Assembly (NCBI GenBank): GCA_944320495.1
Contig: CALUHR010000003.1
Span: forward strand, 128,001 to 192,000
DNA: 64,000 nucleotides
Direction: 5' to 3'
From: Candidatus Methanomethylophilaceae archaeon
Lineage (GTDB): Archaea > Thermoplasmatota > Thermoplasmata > Methanomassiliicoccales > Methanomethylophilaceae
Program-made: the position numbers and the translations under genes
Shown: in pieces, positions 40,078-49,128 of the stretch
Numbering within the stretch: the first letter of the stretch is position 1
Layout: each line of letters begins with the position of its first letter
Notes under the pieces: generated by a model
Databases searched by the model: none
Seen by the model: the letters and a program-made list of their open reading frames with translations, nothing else
Told to the model about the DNA's origin: nothing

Positions 40078-40986
40078 ATGACAGTCTACAACAGCATAAC
40101 CGAGACGATCGGGGACACGCCGATGATCCGCCTCAACAGCATGGCGCCGCCGGGATCCCACGTCTACGTCAAGAGGGAGAGCGTCAACCCCAGCGGCTCC
40201 ATCAAGGACCGCGCCGCGCTGTCCATCATCGACGACGCGGTCGCCCGCGGTCTGCTGAAGGAGGGCGGGACGATCATCGAGCCCACCTCCGGGAACATGG
40301 GCATCGGCCTCGCGATGATAGCCGCGGCCCGCGGCTACAAGGCGGTCATCGTCATGCCGGAAACCATGAGCAAGGAACGCATCTCCCTGATGCGCGCCTA
40401 CGGGGCTGAGGTCGTCCTCTCCCCTGGCGCGCAGGGCATGCAGGGCTCCGTGGACATGGCGAACGAGATCGCGAGGGAGCGCGGCGGATTCATCGCGGGA
40501 CAGTTCGACAACCCCGCCAACTCCGCGGCCCACCGCACCGGGACTGGGAAGGAGATCCTCAGGGACCTCCCCGACGTGGACCTCGTCTACGCCGGCTTCG
40601 GCACCGGCGGCACGGCCACCGGGATCGCCATGGCCTTCAGGGACGCGGGGTCCAAGGCCCAGGTCATCGGGATAGAGCCGGCCGAGAGCCCCCTGGTCTC
40701 CGAGGGGAGGGCGGGCCCGCACGCCATCCAGGGCATCGGAGCCAACTTCGTCCCCGGTAACCTGAACAGGGACCTCCTCGGAGGGGTCGAGACCGTCACC
40801 GGCGATGACGCCGTACGCACGGCGGTCGAGCTCTGCAGGAAAGAAGGCATCTTCTGCGGCATATCCTCCGGCGCCAACGTATTCGCCGCCATCCGCGCCG
40901 CCAGGGAGCATCCCGAGAAGCGCATCGTCGCCATCCTGCCGGACGGAGGGGACAGATACCTCAGCACCGGCATGTTCGACGAGTGA
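40078..40986 (+). CDS. cysK: Cysteine synthase A (O-acetylserine sulfhydrylase)
   Basis: NPSGSIKDR (PLP Lys), [27 protein letters not shown]. Confidence 0.95.
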   Translation: MTVYNSITETIGDTPMIRLNSMAPPGSHVYVKRESVNPSGSIKDRAALSIIDDAVARGLLKEGGTIIEPTSGNMGIGLAMIAAARGYKAVIVMPETMSKERISLMRAYGAEVVLSPGAQGMQGSVDMANEIARERGGFIAGQFDNPANSAAHRTGTGKEILRDLPDVDLVYAGFGTGGTATGIAMAFRDAGSKAQVIGIEPAESPLVSEGRAGPHAIQGIGANFVPGNLNRDLLGGVETVTGDDAVRTAVELCRKEGIFCGISSGANVFAAIRAAREHPEKRIVAILPDGGDRYLSTGMFDE

Positions 40987-40990
40987 TAGG

Positions 40991-41917
40991 ATGCCGGTCA
41001 AGATCCCGGACGACCTGCCGGCAGCGGCCGTGCTGGAATCCGAGAACATATTCGTGATGTCCGCCAGGAGGGCGGACACCCAGGACATCCGCCCGCTGGA
41101 GATCCTCATCCTGAACCTCATGCCCACCAAGGTCGAGACCGAGATCCAGATCCTCAGGTGCCTGAGCAACAGCCCGCTCCAGACGAACGTCACGCTGCTC
41201 CAGATGTCCTCTCACGAATCGAAGAACACCTCCGCGGAGTACCTGGAACGCTTCTACAAGACCTTCGACGACGTCAGAGAGATGAAGTTCGACGGGATGA
41301 TCATCACCGGGGCCCCCCTCGAATCGATAGAATACGAGGACGTGGACTACTGGCCGGAGTTCTGCGAGATCATGGACTGGACGCTCACCAACGTCTGCTC
41401 CACCCTCTACATCTGCTGGGGCGCCCTCGCCGGGCTGTACTACCACTACGGGATACCGAAGCACTCCATGGACTCGAAGGTCTCAGGGATCTTCGAGCAC
41501 CGCGTGCTCATACCGAACGAGCCCATAGTCAGAGGCTTCGACGACCGCTTCTTCATGCCTCAGTCGAGGCACTCGGAGGTCAGGGCGGAGGACATCGCGG
41601 CGAACCCGCATCTGCACATCATCTGCGCCTCCGAGGACTCCGGCGTCGCCGTGGTCCAGTCGGAGATGAACCAGACGTTCATCACGGGACATCTGGAGTA
41701 TGATGCCGCGACGCTGTCGTACGAGTACGAGAGGGACCTGAACGCCGGCAAGAACCCGCACGTGCCGGACAACTACTTCGAGGACGACGACCCGCACAAA
41801 GACCCGGTGGTCAGGTGGAGGGCCCATGCCACGCTCTTCTACACCAACTGGCTCAACTACTGCGTGTACCAGGAGACCCCGTACGACATCGACGAGATCG
41901 GCAGGCGCCGATCGTGA
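40991..41917 (+). CDS. metA: Homoserine O-acyltransferase, MetA family, acetyl-type residue (inferred end CGA 41909-41911)
   Basis: LNLMPTK, ITGAPLE, ICWGA (catalytic Cys), PQSRH, GHLEYD, WLNY. Confidence 0.95.
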   Translation: MPVKIPDDLPAAAVLESENIFVMSARRADTQDIRPLEILILNLMPTKVETEIQILRCLSNSPLQTNVTLLQMSSHESKNTSAEYLERFYKTFDDVREMKFDGMIITGAPLESIEYEDVDYWPEFCEIMDWTLTNVCSTLYICWGALAGLYYHYGIPKHSMDSKVSGIFEHRVLIPNEPIVRGFDDRFFMPQSRHSEVRAEDIAANPHLHIICASEDSGVAVVQSEMNQTFITGHLEYDAATLSYEYERDLNAGKNPHVPDNYFEDDDPHKDPVVRWRAHATLFYTNWLNYCVYQETPYDIDEIGRRRS

Positions 41918-43173
41918 AAACCAGGCGGTCCGAGGGATCGGACCGCCGCCTCCTTTCGATGTGTGACCTCATGCCAGCGCATCGGCAGAATTCCTCGGAG
42001 ATCCCCATGGGACCATGAGAAGGGCGCTGCAATCCGGGATCGCTGGCTGACCACCCTCGGGTTCACGAGCTTCCCGACGAGGGCGTCCCTGACGAACATG
42101 TTTATGCCCGAGTAGTCGCCGTCCGAATCCAGGAGCTTCTGGACCTCGTCGGCTATGTGTGTGAACACCTCGCGGAAGATCCTGCATGAGTCCCCGTCGG
42201 TGTTCTCGAGGCCTACCTCGTGGTAGGCGTCCATGCTGCACCCTCCGTTGCAGAACCTGTAGATGGGACACGAGGCGCACTTCTCCCTGCGGGCGACGGA
42301 ACCCGCCAGGATCCTACGGAAGCCCTCAGAATGGAAGGCCTCGTCGAGGCTGGAGATGGAATTCACATTGCCCATGCAGAACTCTGGCGGGCAGGCCTTG
42401 GCACACGGGTATATCGAACCGTCGGGGTTGACGCAGACCCACTTGGTGAGACAGGATGTGTGGGCGCAGTCCGAGGGCGTGGGATCGCCCAGATAGTTGA
42501 GGACGTAGAGGTAGTGCGGGATCAGGGGGACCTTGCTGCCGGCGTCATGGAGCCATGTGTCGAAGGCCTCTATGCTGCCCCTGATGTACTCGTCCGGATC
42601 CGGGACGGTGCCGTTGCATCTGGCGCATCCCGCCGGAATCACCGGGGACATGGAGATGTTCGTCCCCCTGTCGCGATAGTACTCGTAGATCTCCCTCTGC
42701 TTCAGCGCCGTCTCGCGGGAGATTGTGGCGCTGACGGAGTACTTGTTATCCTTGTCGGATAGCATCGAGATGGCCTTCTCGGGATCCAGCTCCCTCAGAA
42801 CATTGTTGTAGGGACCTTCGCACGACACGCCGACGTTGATCATCTTCTCGCGGCAGTATGCCATGAGACGGCGGTTGAGGAGCGTCCCGTTGGTCTGTAT
42901 GGTGTTCCCCACACGGAAGGAGGACTTTCCGAAGTGCTTCTCCTCCAGCTCGATGGCCTTCTTGTAGAAAGACATCGGGACGGTGAGCGGCTCCCCGCCG
43001 TGCCATATGAACCAGGCCGCCTGGTACTCGGTGGCGACCATGCCCATGAGACGGTCCAGCGTCTCAAGGCTCATCTCTCCCCGGACGCGCTCGTCCGGGG
43101 CATGATAGCAATGGCTGCAGGATTCGTTGCAGAAAAGGGTCGGTTTTATGACGACCGATATGTACGGCTTCAT
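41857..43173 (-). CDS. Radical SAM/SPASM protein (inferred true end CGA 42040-42042)
   Basis: [20 protein letters not shown]; SPASM CAHTSC..., [17 protein letters not shown]. Confidence 0.92.
   Translation of the reverse strand: MKPYISVVIKPTLFCNESCSHCYHAPDERVRGEMSLETLDRLMGMVATEYQAAWFIWHGGEPLTVPMSFYKKAIELEEKHFGKSSFRVGNTIQTNGTLLNRRLMAYCREKMINVGVSCEGPYNNVLRELDPEKAISMLSDKDNKYSVSATISRETALKQREIYEYYRDRGTNISMSPVIPAGCARCNGTVPDPDEYIRGSIEAFDTWLHDAGSKVPLIPHYLYVLNYLGDPTPSDCAHTSCLTKWVCVNPDGSIYPCAKACPPEFCMGNVNSISSLDEAFHSEGFRRILAGSVARREKCASCPIYRFCNGGCSMDAYHEVGLENTDGDSCRIFREVFTHIADEVQKLLDSDGDYSGINMFVRDALVGKLVNPRVVSQRSRIAAPFSWSHGDLRGILPMRWHEVTHRKEAAVRSLGPPGFHDRRLPISSMSYGVSWYTQ
41924..41947. terminator. Perfect 10-bp hairpin between convergent metA and radical SAM genes
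   Basis: GGCGGTCCGA-GGGA-TCGGACCGCC. Confidence 0.6.
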
Positions 43174-43190
43174 GGCCGGCTTCCGCCGGC

Positions 43191-43499
43191 TCAGAAGGGC
43201 CAGTAGGTCCAGACGCCGTTGAATCCATTGGTGGCGTAGCAGCAGCAGATGCAGCAGACCACGACGCAACCGACGACGCAGGCGTGCCATCCCATACTGT
43301 TGCAGTATCCCTTCTCGCTGCAGCAGCAGTAGTCGCACTTGGAGTCTCCGCCGTGGTCCTCGTCGGCCGCCTTGTCGAAGCGCTCGTCATGGGTGTGCTC
43401 CTGGGGGAGTCCCTCCATCGCGAACGCGATGAAAGCCGAGGGGGACTGGCTCTCGTAAATCGCTGTCAGGTTGTCTACGGATTCCACGTCGTAAGCCAT
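43191..43499 (-). CDS. Cys-rich small protein (possible radical SAM substrate/precursor)
   Basis: Acidic N-terminal half, then CDYCCC...C...CVVGCVVVCCICCC; directly upstream of the radical SAM gene. Confidence 0.7.
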   Translation of the reverse strand: MAYDVESVDNLTAIYESQSPSAFIAFAMEGLPQEHTHDERFDKAADEDHGGDSKCDYCCCSEKGYCNSMGWHACVVGCVVVCCICCCYATNGFNGVWTYWPF

Positions 43500-43627
43500 T
43501 GCTCAATCACCTACCACTGCTGGCTGGTTGAGCTTCCGAACCTATATTGCGTATTTATGACTTTTCGGAACGACCGTACATCAGACAGCCCAGCGGAACC
43601 CTTATCCGCACGATACGTTCACGGTGC

Positions 43628-43729
43628 ATGGACGACAGGACGCTCGGATACATCCTGATCGCGGCGGTCTTCGCCGTGGCACTGTATGCCTCGTTCCTCA
43701 TGGCCCGGCGGATCCCGCCCAAGGAGCGA
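43628..43729 (+). CDS. 33-aa single-TM protein ending at CGA (MDDRTLGYILIAAVFAVALYASFLMARRIPPKE)
   Basis: Clean TM helix with a positive-inside tail. The standard code would run 1.3 kb out of frame over the DUF5685 gene. Confidence 0.55.
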
Positions 43730-43784
43730 GTGGGATCGCAGGGAAGTACGGCATCCGTCGACCACACGCATACGGGCGAACGAC

Positions 43785-44693
43785 ATGTTCGGATACACCA
43801 CCCCAGCTTACGGAAGGCTCTCCCCGACCGACAACCGCACCTACCGCAGGTACTACTGCGAGGGATGCCATCAGCTCAGGGACGGCTACGGCCTCACCGG
43901 GACCGGGACGGTGAACTACGACATGACGTTCAACACCATCCTCCTCGAGGGGCTGGTCTGCGACTGCCCCGACTTCGGGCCCACGACCCGCAGGATCTGC
44001 GTACTAGACTCCCCCAAGGCCGACTCCAGGCTTATGCACGAGATGGCCGCCTACACCCTCATACTCACGAAATGGGAGCTCTACGACGACGAGACCGACA
44101 TGCCGTCGATAAAGACGAAGCTCATCTCCCTGACTCTGAACCGCGCCATACAGAAGGCCGTCTCCGAGTTCCCGGAGTACGACAGGATGGTCGGGGAGGG
44201 ATTCATGCGCCTCCGCGACATGGAGCTGGCGGGATGCAGGGACGCTCTCTCCATGGGAAGGGAGTTCGGCAGGGGCCTGACGGGACCGCTCGAGGGCATC
44301 GCCGGCGACTTCTACACGGAGGACCTGGGCGACGTCTTCACCCAGCTGACCGCCGCGGTGTACGTCATGGATACGATAGACGACCTGGACGACGACTTCA
44401 TGGACGGTACCTACAACCCGCTGCTCCCCGAGACGGGATACGTCAACGCGCGCACCCTCGTCGACAGGGACGTCATGAGGTTCACGTCCCTCGTGTCCGA
44501 GGCGGTGGGATCCCTCCAGTCCGCCTACTCCAAGGTGCGCCCCTCCATGCGCGGGAACGTCTCCCTCTGCGACAACATCGTCTACTACGGCATACCGGAA
44601 TCGGCCAAGCGCGTCATAATGGGCGATGCGAAGGCCAAGGCCAGCGTCAAGAACATCCTGTCGAACAGGAAGGACAGGCTGGCATCGGAATGA
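43785..44693 (+). CDS. DUF5685 family protein (isoprenoid-synthase-like Asp-rich motifs)
   Basis: MFGY...YRRYYCEGCHQL..GYG...NYDMTF; DDETD and DTIDDLDDDFMDG. Confidence 0.8.
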   Translation: MFGYTTPAYGRLSPTDNRTYRRYYCEGCHQLRDGYGLTGTGTVNYDMTFNTILLEGLVCDCPDFGPTTRRICVLDSPKADSRLMHEMAAYTLILTKWELYDDETDMPSIKTKLISLTLNRAIQKAVSEFPEYDRMVGEGFMRLRDMELAGCRDALSMGREFGRGLTGPLEGIAGDFYTEDLGDVFTQLTAAVYVMDTIDDLDDDFMDGTYNPLLPETGYVNARTLVDRDVMRFTSLVSEAVGSLQSAYSKVRPSMRGNVSLCDNIVYYGIPESAKRVIMGDAKAKASVKNILSNRKDRLASE

Positions 44694-44918
44694 TCCGGCG
44701 GGGTCGAAGTCCGAGCACACGTCCAGGGAGTCCCTGGGCTCCGAATGCCTGGAGCACATGCCCCCACTCCACGACCTGCAGCTGCCACAGCATCCCGGAC
44801 GGTACCTCCCGCATCCGTCCTCCGGTCCCGTCGGCCTGGATTCCGGCATGCACACCCACACATCGTCCGAATGAGCGCAGAGGCGACACGTGCGGCACTT
44901 CCCGTAGCTCTCGTCCAT
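44685..44918 (-). CDS. 77-aa Cys-rich two-repeat metal-binding protein ending at CGA
   Basis: CRTCRLC..C...GCGRY / CGSCRSW..C...VCSDF repeats. The standard code runs antisense to 44004. Confidence 0.6.
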
Positions 44919-44941
44919 GGACGGACATGTGCGGGAGGACC

Positions 44942-45643
44942 TTATCGGTTTCCGTCGGCCGTGAGACGGTCCAGCATCCATGACATCCCGCGCGCCATCC
45001 TGCCGGCCGGATCGGTGAAGTGGTTGCCGGGATTCATCTCCAGTACCACATCGGACACGTTCGGATCGCTCCCGTACGCCGTCCTGACGGATCTTATAGC
45101 ATCGCCGACCGATGCCATCACCGGGTTCCTCGCCTTCTCCTCCTTGGTCCCGAGGCTCAGATACACGTATGAACCCTCAGGGGCGCCGCGTCCGGCCGCG
45201 TACTCGGTCCATCCCGGATACCATACGGACGGGGAGCATGCCACCGCCCCTCTGAACAGGCCGGTCTCGTGGAACGCCCAGAGGGAGAACAGGCCAGCCA
45301 GCGAGTATCCGCATACGGCGAGAGGGACATCGTCCCCCGCCTCCAGAGCGTCCCTCGCCCGAGGGACCCATTCGTCCCTCAGACGCTCGAGGGTCTCCCC
45401 TCCGCCTCCCGTGAAAGCCCTCGCTCCCATGACGGGTTCGGATGACCAGGGCGTGAGCCCCGAATCCCAGTCCCCCACCCTGCATTCGACGATCGCGAAG
45501 CGCGGATCCGTCGCAGACAGCCTCACCTTCCGGATCACATCGTCCGCGATGCCCGCCTCATGATCCCCGGTCATCCAGAACAGCACCGCGTCGGGACCCG
45601 GGTCCCCCGTGATGCGGATGTCGTCCGCCCAGACTCCGTCCAT
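44942..45643 (-). CDS. Alpha/beta-hydrolase (putative esterase)
   Basis: LTPW, GYSLAG nucleophile elbow, SPSVWYPGW, SLGTKE, GNHF; ends AAC CGA TAA. Confidence 0.88.
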   Translation of the reverse strand: MDGVWADDIRITGDPGPDAVLFWMTGDHEAGIADDVIRKVRLSATDPRFAIVECRVGDWDSGLTPWSSEPVMGARAFTGGGGETLERLRDEWVPRARDALEAGDDVPLAVCGYSLAGLFSLWAFHETGLFRGAVACSPSVWYPGWTEYAAGRGAPEGSYVYLSLGTKEEKARNPVMASVGDAIRSVRTAYGSDPNVSDVVLEMNPGNHFTDPAGRMARGMSWMLDRLTADGNR

Positions 45644-45700
45644 TGAGATCGCCTACGCACCGCAGTTCATTGATTAAATATGGAATGGGGTTGGGGGTGC

Positions 45701-46267
45701 ATGGTCGTCAGGGTAGCGTACATGGGAATCCCGGGCTCCAACTCCGAGCAGGCGGCGACTGAGCTCGCCGGCGCCATGGGCTGGGACGTCTTCGTACTCA
45801 TTCCTAAGGAGGACTCCAGGAACACTGTTGCAGCCCTCGATTCCGGGGAGGCGGACTACGGTGTCGTCGCATCCCGCAACGTCACCGCCGGACCCGTAGA
45901 GGAGACTGAGAGGTCCCTCGAGGGGAGGGGTGACATCGAGATCCTCAGGGCCCTCTGGCTGCCCATCCACCACTGCGTCTTCGTTAAGCATCCCGGGGTG
46001 AGCGTCAGACGCGTCGCCTCCCACATCCAGGCCCTCCTGCAGACGAAGGAGCACCTCAATATGCTCTATCCGGACTCCGACAGGGTCGAGGTATCCGACA
46101 CGGCCGTCGCGGCCGAGATGCTCTCGGACGGCAGGCTCCCCGAGGACACCGCGGTGGTCTGCCGCCGCAACGCAGGGGAGATGTTCAGGCTCCACCTCGT
46201 CCACGAGAACATCGAGGACATGGAGGGGAACATGACGGAGTTCGAACTCCTGAGGCTCAGACGATGA
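45701..46267 (+). CDS. pheA: Prephenate dehydratase domain protein (no ACT domain)
   Basis: VAYMGIPGSNSEQAA, LPIHHC, SHIQALLQT, DTAVAA, NMTEF; ends AGA CGA TGA. Confidence 0.8.
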   Translation: MVVRVAYMGIPGSNSEQAATELAGAMGWDVFVLIPKEDSRNTVAALDSGEADYGVVASRNVTAGPVEETERSLEGRGDIEILRALWLPIHHCVFVKHPGVSVRRVASHIQALLQTKEHLNMLYPDSDRVEVSDTAVAAEMLSDGRLPEDTAVVCRRNAGEMFRLHLVHENIEDMEGNMTEFELLRLRR

Positions 46268-46950
46268 TCGCCGAACAGATAGAGAAGGACGCCCGCCGTC
46301 TGGACGAGATCATCGCCGGATACAACAAAGAGGCGAACCGCGCCAAGCAGTCCAGGGATGAGTTCCACAGACGCGCCTCCGAGCTCGCGGACCGCAGGGA
46401 CAAGCTCCAGAAGAAGGCCAAGTCCCTCTCCGCGGAGGCTGCCGTCTACAAAGCTCGCAGGGACGACGCCAACCTCACCGCCAAGGAATGCCGCGCCCGC
46501 AGGGACGAGTGGAACGACCGCGGGGCCAGAATGCGCGCGTCCGGAGGCCTCGGCGACATCGGCGAGTGCAAATCGCAGGCGAACAGCTGGCACCAGAAGG
46601 CGGTCAAGGCCTCCGAGGACGCCAACACCGCCCACGAGAAGATGCATCAGCTCTACGACGAGGCGGACAGGCTTAGGGCGGAGGCGCAGAAGTGCCACGA
46701 ACAGTACCTCGACTGCAAAAGGGGCGCCGACGCGGAGCACACGAGATACATCCAGGCCGTCAGGAGCATAGAGCGCGTGAGGGAGAACCTCCCCGATCGA
46801 GGGCGCAGCATCACGTCCCCGCGCCTTATCGCCATGAAACGGTACTCGCGCATCCTCCCGGTCTTCGGGTCCGGGAGCTCGAGGATGCCTGTCTCCCTGA
46901 AGTTCGATTTCTCGAGACATCTGCCGGAAGCCTCGTTCTCGGTATCGTGA
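46264..46950 (+). CDS. Archaeal coiled-coil protein (inferred true end CGA 46798-46800)
   Basis: Heptad-rich RDE..RRASELADRRD, ANTAHEKM, ADAEHTRY. Confidence 0.75.
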   Translation: MIAEQIEKDARRLDEIIAGYNKEANRAKQSRDEFHRRASELADRRDKLQKKAKSLSAEAAVYKARRDDANLTAKECRARRDEWNDRGARMRASGGLGDIGECKSQANSWHQKAVKASEDANTAHEKMHQLYDEADRLRAEAQKCHEQYLDCKRGADAEHTRYIQAVRSIERVRENLPDRGRSITSPRLIAMKRYSRILPVFGSGSSRMPVSLKFDFSRHLPEASFSVS

Positions 46951-47348
46951 CGGGCCTGGATCCACTCGTAGCTGGTGGTGTCGAACACATAGTTCACCAC
47001 CGCCCTCAGGGCCTCGGTCATGTAACCGCGGTCCCAGTACCGCTGAGAGAGGCAGTATCCTATCTCACAGTAGCCCTTCTCCGGATGCTCCCTCACCACG
47101 GTTATGCTGCCTATCGGCTCGTCGCTCCCGCGCAGCGTTATGCACCAGTCCATGGTGCCGCTCGCGTATTCTGACACCCACTCGGCTATCGTCCGGCGGC
47201 TCACCTCCGGATCTGGATGGGTCTCCCACGACAGGAATCTGGTGACGTCCGGGTCGGACATCCAGTTCCTGAACGCGGCCTCGGCATCGTCCTCCCTGAA
47301 CCTCCTCAGTTGGAGGCGCTCGGTCAGGAGGCGCGCCGTACCCCTCAT
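46653..47348 (-). CDS. GNAT N-acetyltransferase, RimJ/RimL family (inferred true end CGA 46797-46799)
   Basis: LLTERLQLRRF, EIGYCLSQRYWDRGYMTEAL, NEASGRCLEK. Confidence 0.9.
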   Translation of the reverse strand: MRGTARLLTERLQLRRFREDDAEAAFRNWMSDPDVTRFLSWETHPDPEVSRRTIAEWVSEYASGTMDWCITLRGSDEPIGSITVVREHPEKGYCEIGYCLSQRYWDRGYMTEALRAVVNYVFDTTSYEWIQARHDTENEASGRCLEKSNFRETGILELPDPKTGRMREYRFMAIRRGDVMLRPRSGRFSLTRSMLLTAWMYLVCSASAPLLQSRYCSWHFCASALSLSASS

Positions 47349-47387
47349 CTCGAAGCCTCCGCGGCCACTGGACGGCCCGACTGAACA

Positions 47388-47990
47388 TCAGACATCGGAC
47401 ATCCGTATGCCGGGCATTAGAAAAATGGATGCGTCCCATCGGATCGACGGAACACATCCTGGAATTTGATCCGGCCTCCGGGATCGCACCCGGGGCTCGG
47501 TACCGGGGCTCCTGCGATGGATTATCCCCCGGACGACGCTGTACGGGATGTCCATGGACAAGGATATGTCCAGGCATCCGCGGCCTCTGCGGTACTCCCT
47601 CATGACGTCGTCCTCCATCAGCATGGACATCTCCCTCGGAGGTATCACGACCTCCGGCTCGATGTCCCACAGACGGGTTCCGCAGAACGGGCAGCGCTTC
47701 GGCAAATGGGAGCTCTTGGAGTCCCAGGAGACGCCGCACCTCAGGCACCTGTACGACTTCAGGGGGACGTTCCACTGATGGGATCCGCAGGACGGGCAGC
47801 GCTTGGGCTTGCCGTCATGGGAGTTCCATGTGTGGCCGCATCTTACGCAGGTGACCTTCAGGTCCGGATTGTTCCATTTGACCGAACGGCAGCGTGGGCA
47901 ACGCTTGGGTGGCTGTCCCCTGCGGGGCATCCACTCATAGGAGCACCTGTGACACACCAATCTGGATTCTGGGGCGAACTGTGGATGCAT
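47388..47990 (-). CDS. Triple zinc-ribbon protein with C-terminal HTH (inferred true end CGA 47484-47486)
   Basis: Three CxRC..W...PKRCPxC units, then GCLDISLSMDIPYSVVRGII. Confidence 0.75.
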   Translation of the reverse strand: MHPQFAPESRLVCHRCSYEWMPRRGQPPKRCPRCRSVKWNNPDLKVTCVRCGHTWNSHDGKPKRCPSCGSHQWNVPLKSYRCLRCGVSWDSKSSHLPKRCPFCGTRLWDIEPEVVIPPREMSMLMEDDVMREYRRGRGCLDISLSMDIPYSVVRGIIHRRSPGTEPRVRSRRPDQIPGCVPSIRWDASIFLMPGIRMSDV

Positions 47991-48087
47991 AATAAATATT
48001 CTACCTTATGGATATATGAACATTTGTACTTAGAAAATGAAACAAACGTTATTGGTCCGACGACCTTAGTCGATTTAGAATGCTACA

Positions 48088-49128
48088 TCACCATCCAAGA
48101 TTGAATGCGATGTAGACAGACATGTACACTTCTGCCCACTTGGGTCTGCGCATCATCGCGTAGGCTCCGCGGGCGAGCGAGTACCCCTTGCGGAAAGGCC
48201 CCATGGCGTCGGCGATCTCCTCCGGCCCCCATGACGCGAACGTGTCGTGCGCGCCCATGAAGTGGGGACTGAACATCGGGTTGCGGGACACCCAGTGCTG
48301 GTACCTCTCGAGCCTGCCGTCTGCCATCGCCCTGGCCGCCTCCCTTCCGGATAGGAGCGCAGCGCCTATGCCTCCGAAGCACAGGGGGTTGGCGAGGCAT
48401 GCGGCGTCACCCGCGATTGCGCAGCACCCGTCCACGACCCTCTCCTGGACGCCGAACGGCAGGTCCCTGGCGCCCCAGTCCACGATCCCCTCCACCTCGG
48501 ACGGGTCTGTGTGCCCCCTCGGGAACCCGATGGACACTTTTCCGGGGCCGGAGGGGAAGCGCCAGCCGTAGAACCCGTCCCCGTATCCTCCGACGGTGAA
48601 CGAGAGCACGTCCTCCTCGCCCTCGGCTATGCAGTTGAATACCTGCAGCCTCCTCGTCGGACCGGTGCCGAAGACGTCTCTCCGAACCGCCGAATGCGCA
48701 CCGTCGGCACCTATCAGACCGCGACAGCGGATCCTGCGTCCGTCGGTGAGCTCCAGGGTGTATCCGACGTCGTCCGTCCCAACGGAGCGGACGGACCCGC
48801 GGATGATGTCGGCATCACAGCCGTCCATGAGCTCCGACAGCATCAACGGGCGGTCTACGACCATGCCGCCGACCGGGATGTCGACGGAGATCTCGTCGGA
48901 GAACGCTATGCGGATCGTGTCCACCCTGCGGACGCAGCCGCTGGGCCTCCAGCCCAGCTTCCCGAACGTCCTGTCGCTGACCGCCTCCCCGCAAATCCTG
49001 TGGTAGCGGCCGAAGCCCTCGTCGTGGAGGCGCTCGATGCACGCGACGGAGATGCCCCTCCCGGACAGCTCCCTGACCGCGGACGCACCGGCGGGACCGG
49101 ATCCCACCACCGCGACGTCGTACGTCAT
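48088..49128 (-). CDS. NAD(P)/FAD-dependent oxidoreductase (geranylgeranyl reductase-like)
   Basis: YDVAVVGSGPAG, RICGEAVS, IGADGAHS, YGWRFP, AGDAA...GGIG; ATGA-coupled to cls. Confidence 0.88.
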   Translation of the reverse strand: MTYDVAVVGSGPAGASAVRELSGRGISVACIERLHDEGFGRYHRICGEAVSDRTFGKLGWRPSGCVRRVDTIRIAFSDEISVDIPVGGMVVDRPLMLSELMDGCDADIIRGSVRSVGTDDVGYTLELTDGRRIRCRGLIGADGAHSAVRRDVFGTGPTRRLQVFNCIAEGEEDVLSFTVGGYGDGFYGWRFPSGPGKVSIGFPRGHTDPSEVEGIVDWGARDLPFGVQERVVDGCCAIAGDAACLANPLCFGGIGAALLSGREAARAMADGRLERYQHWVSRNPMFSPHFMGAHDTFASWGPEEIADAMGPFRKGYSLARGAYAMMRRPKWAEVYMSVYIAFNLGW

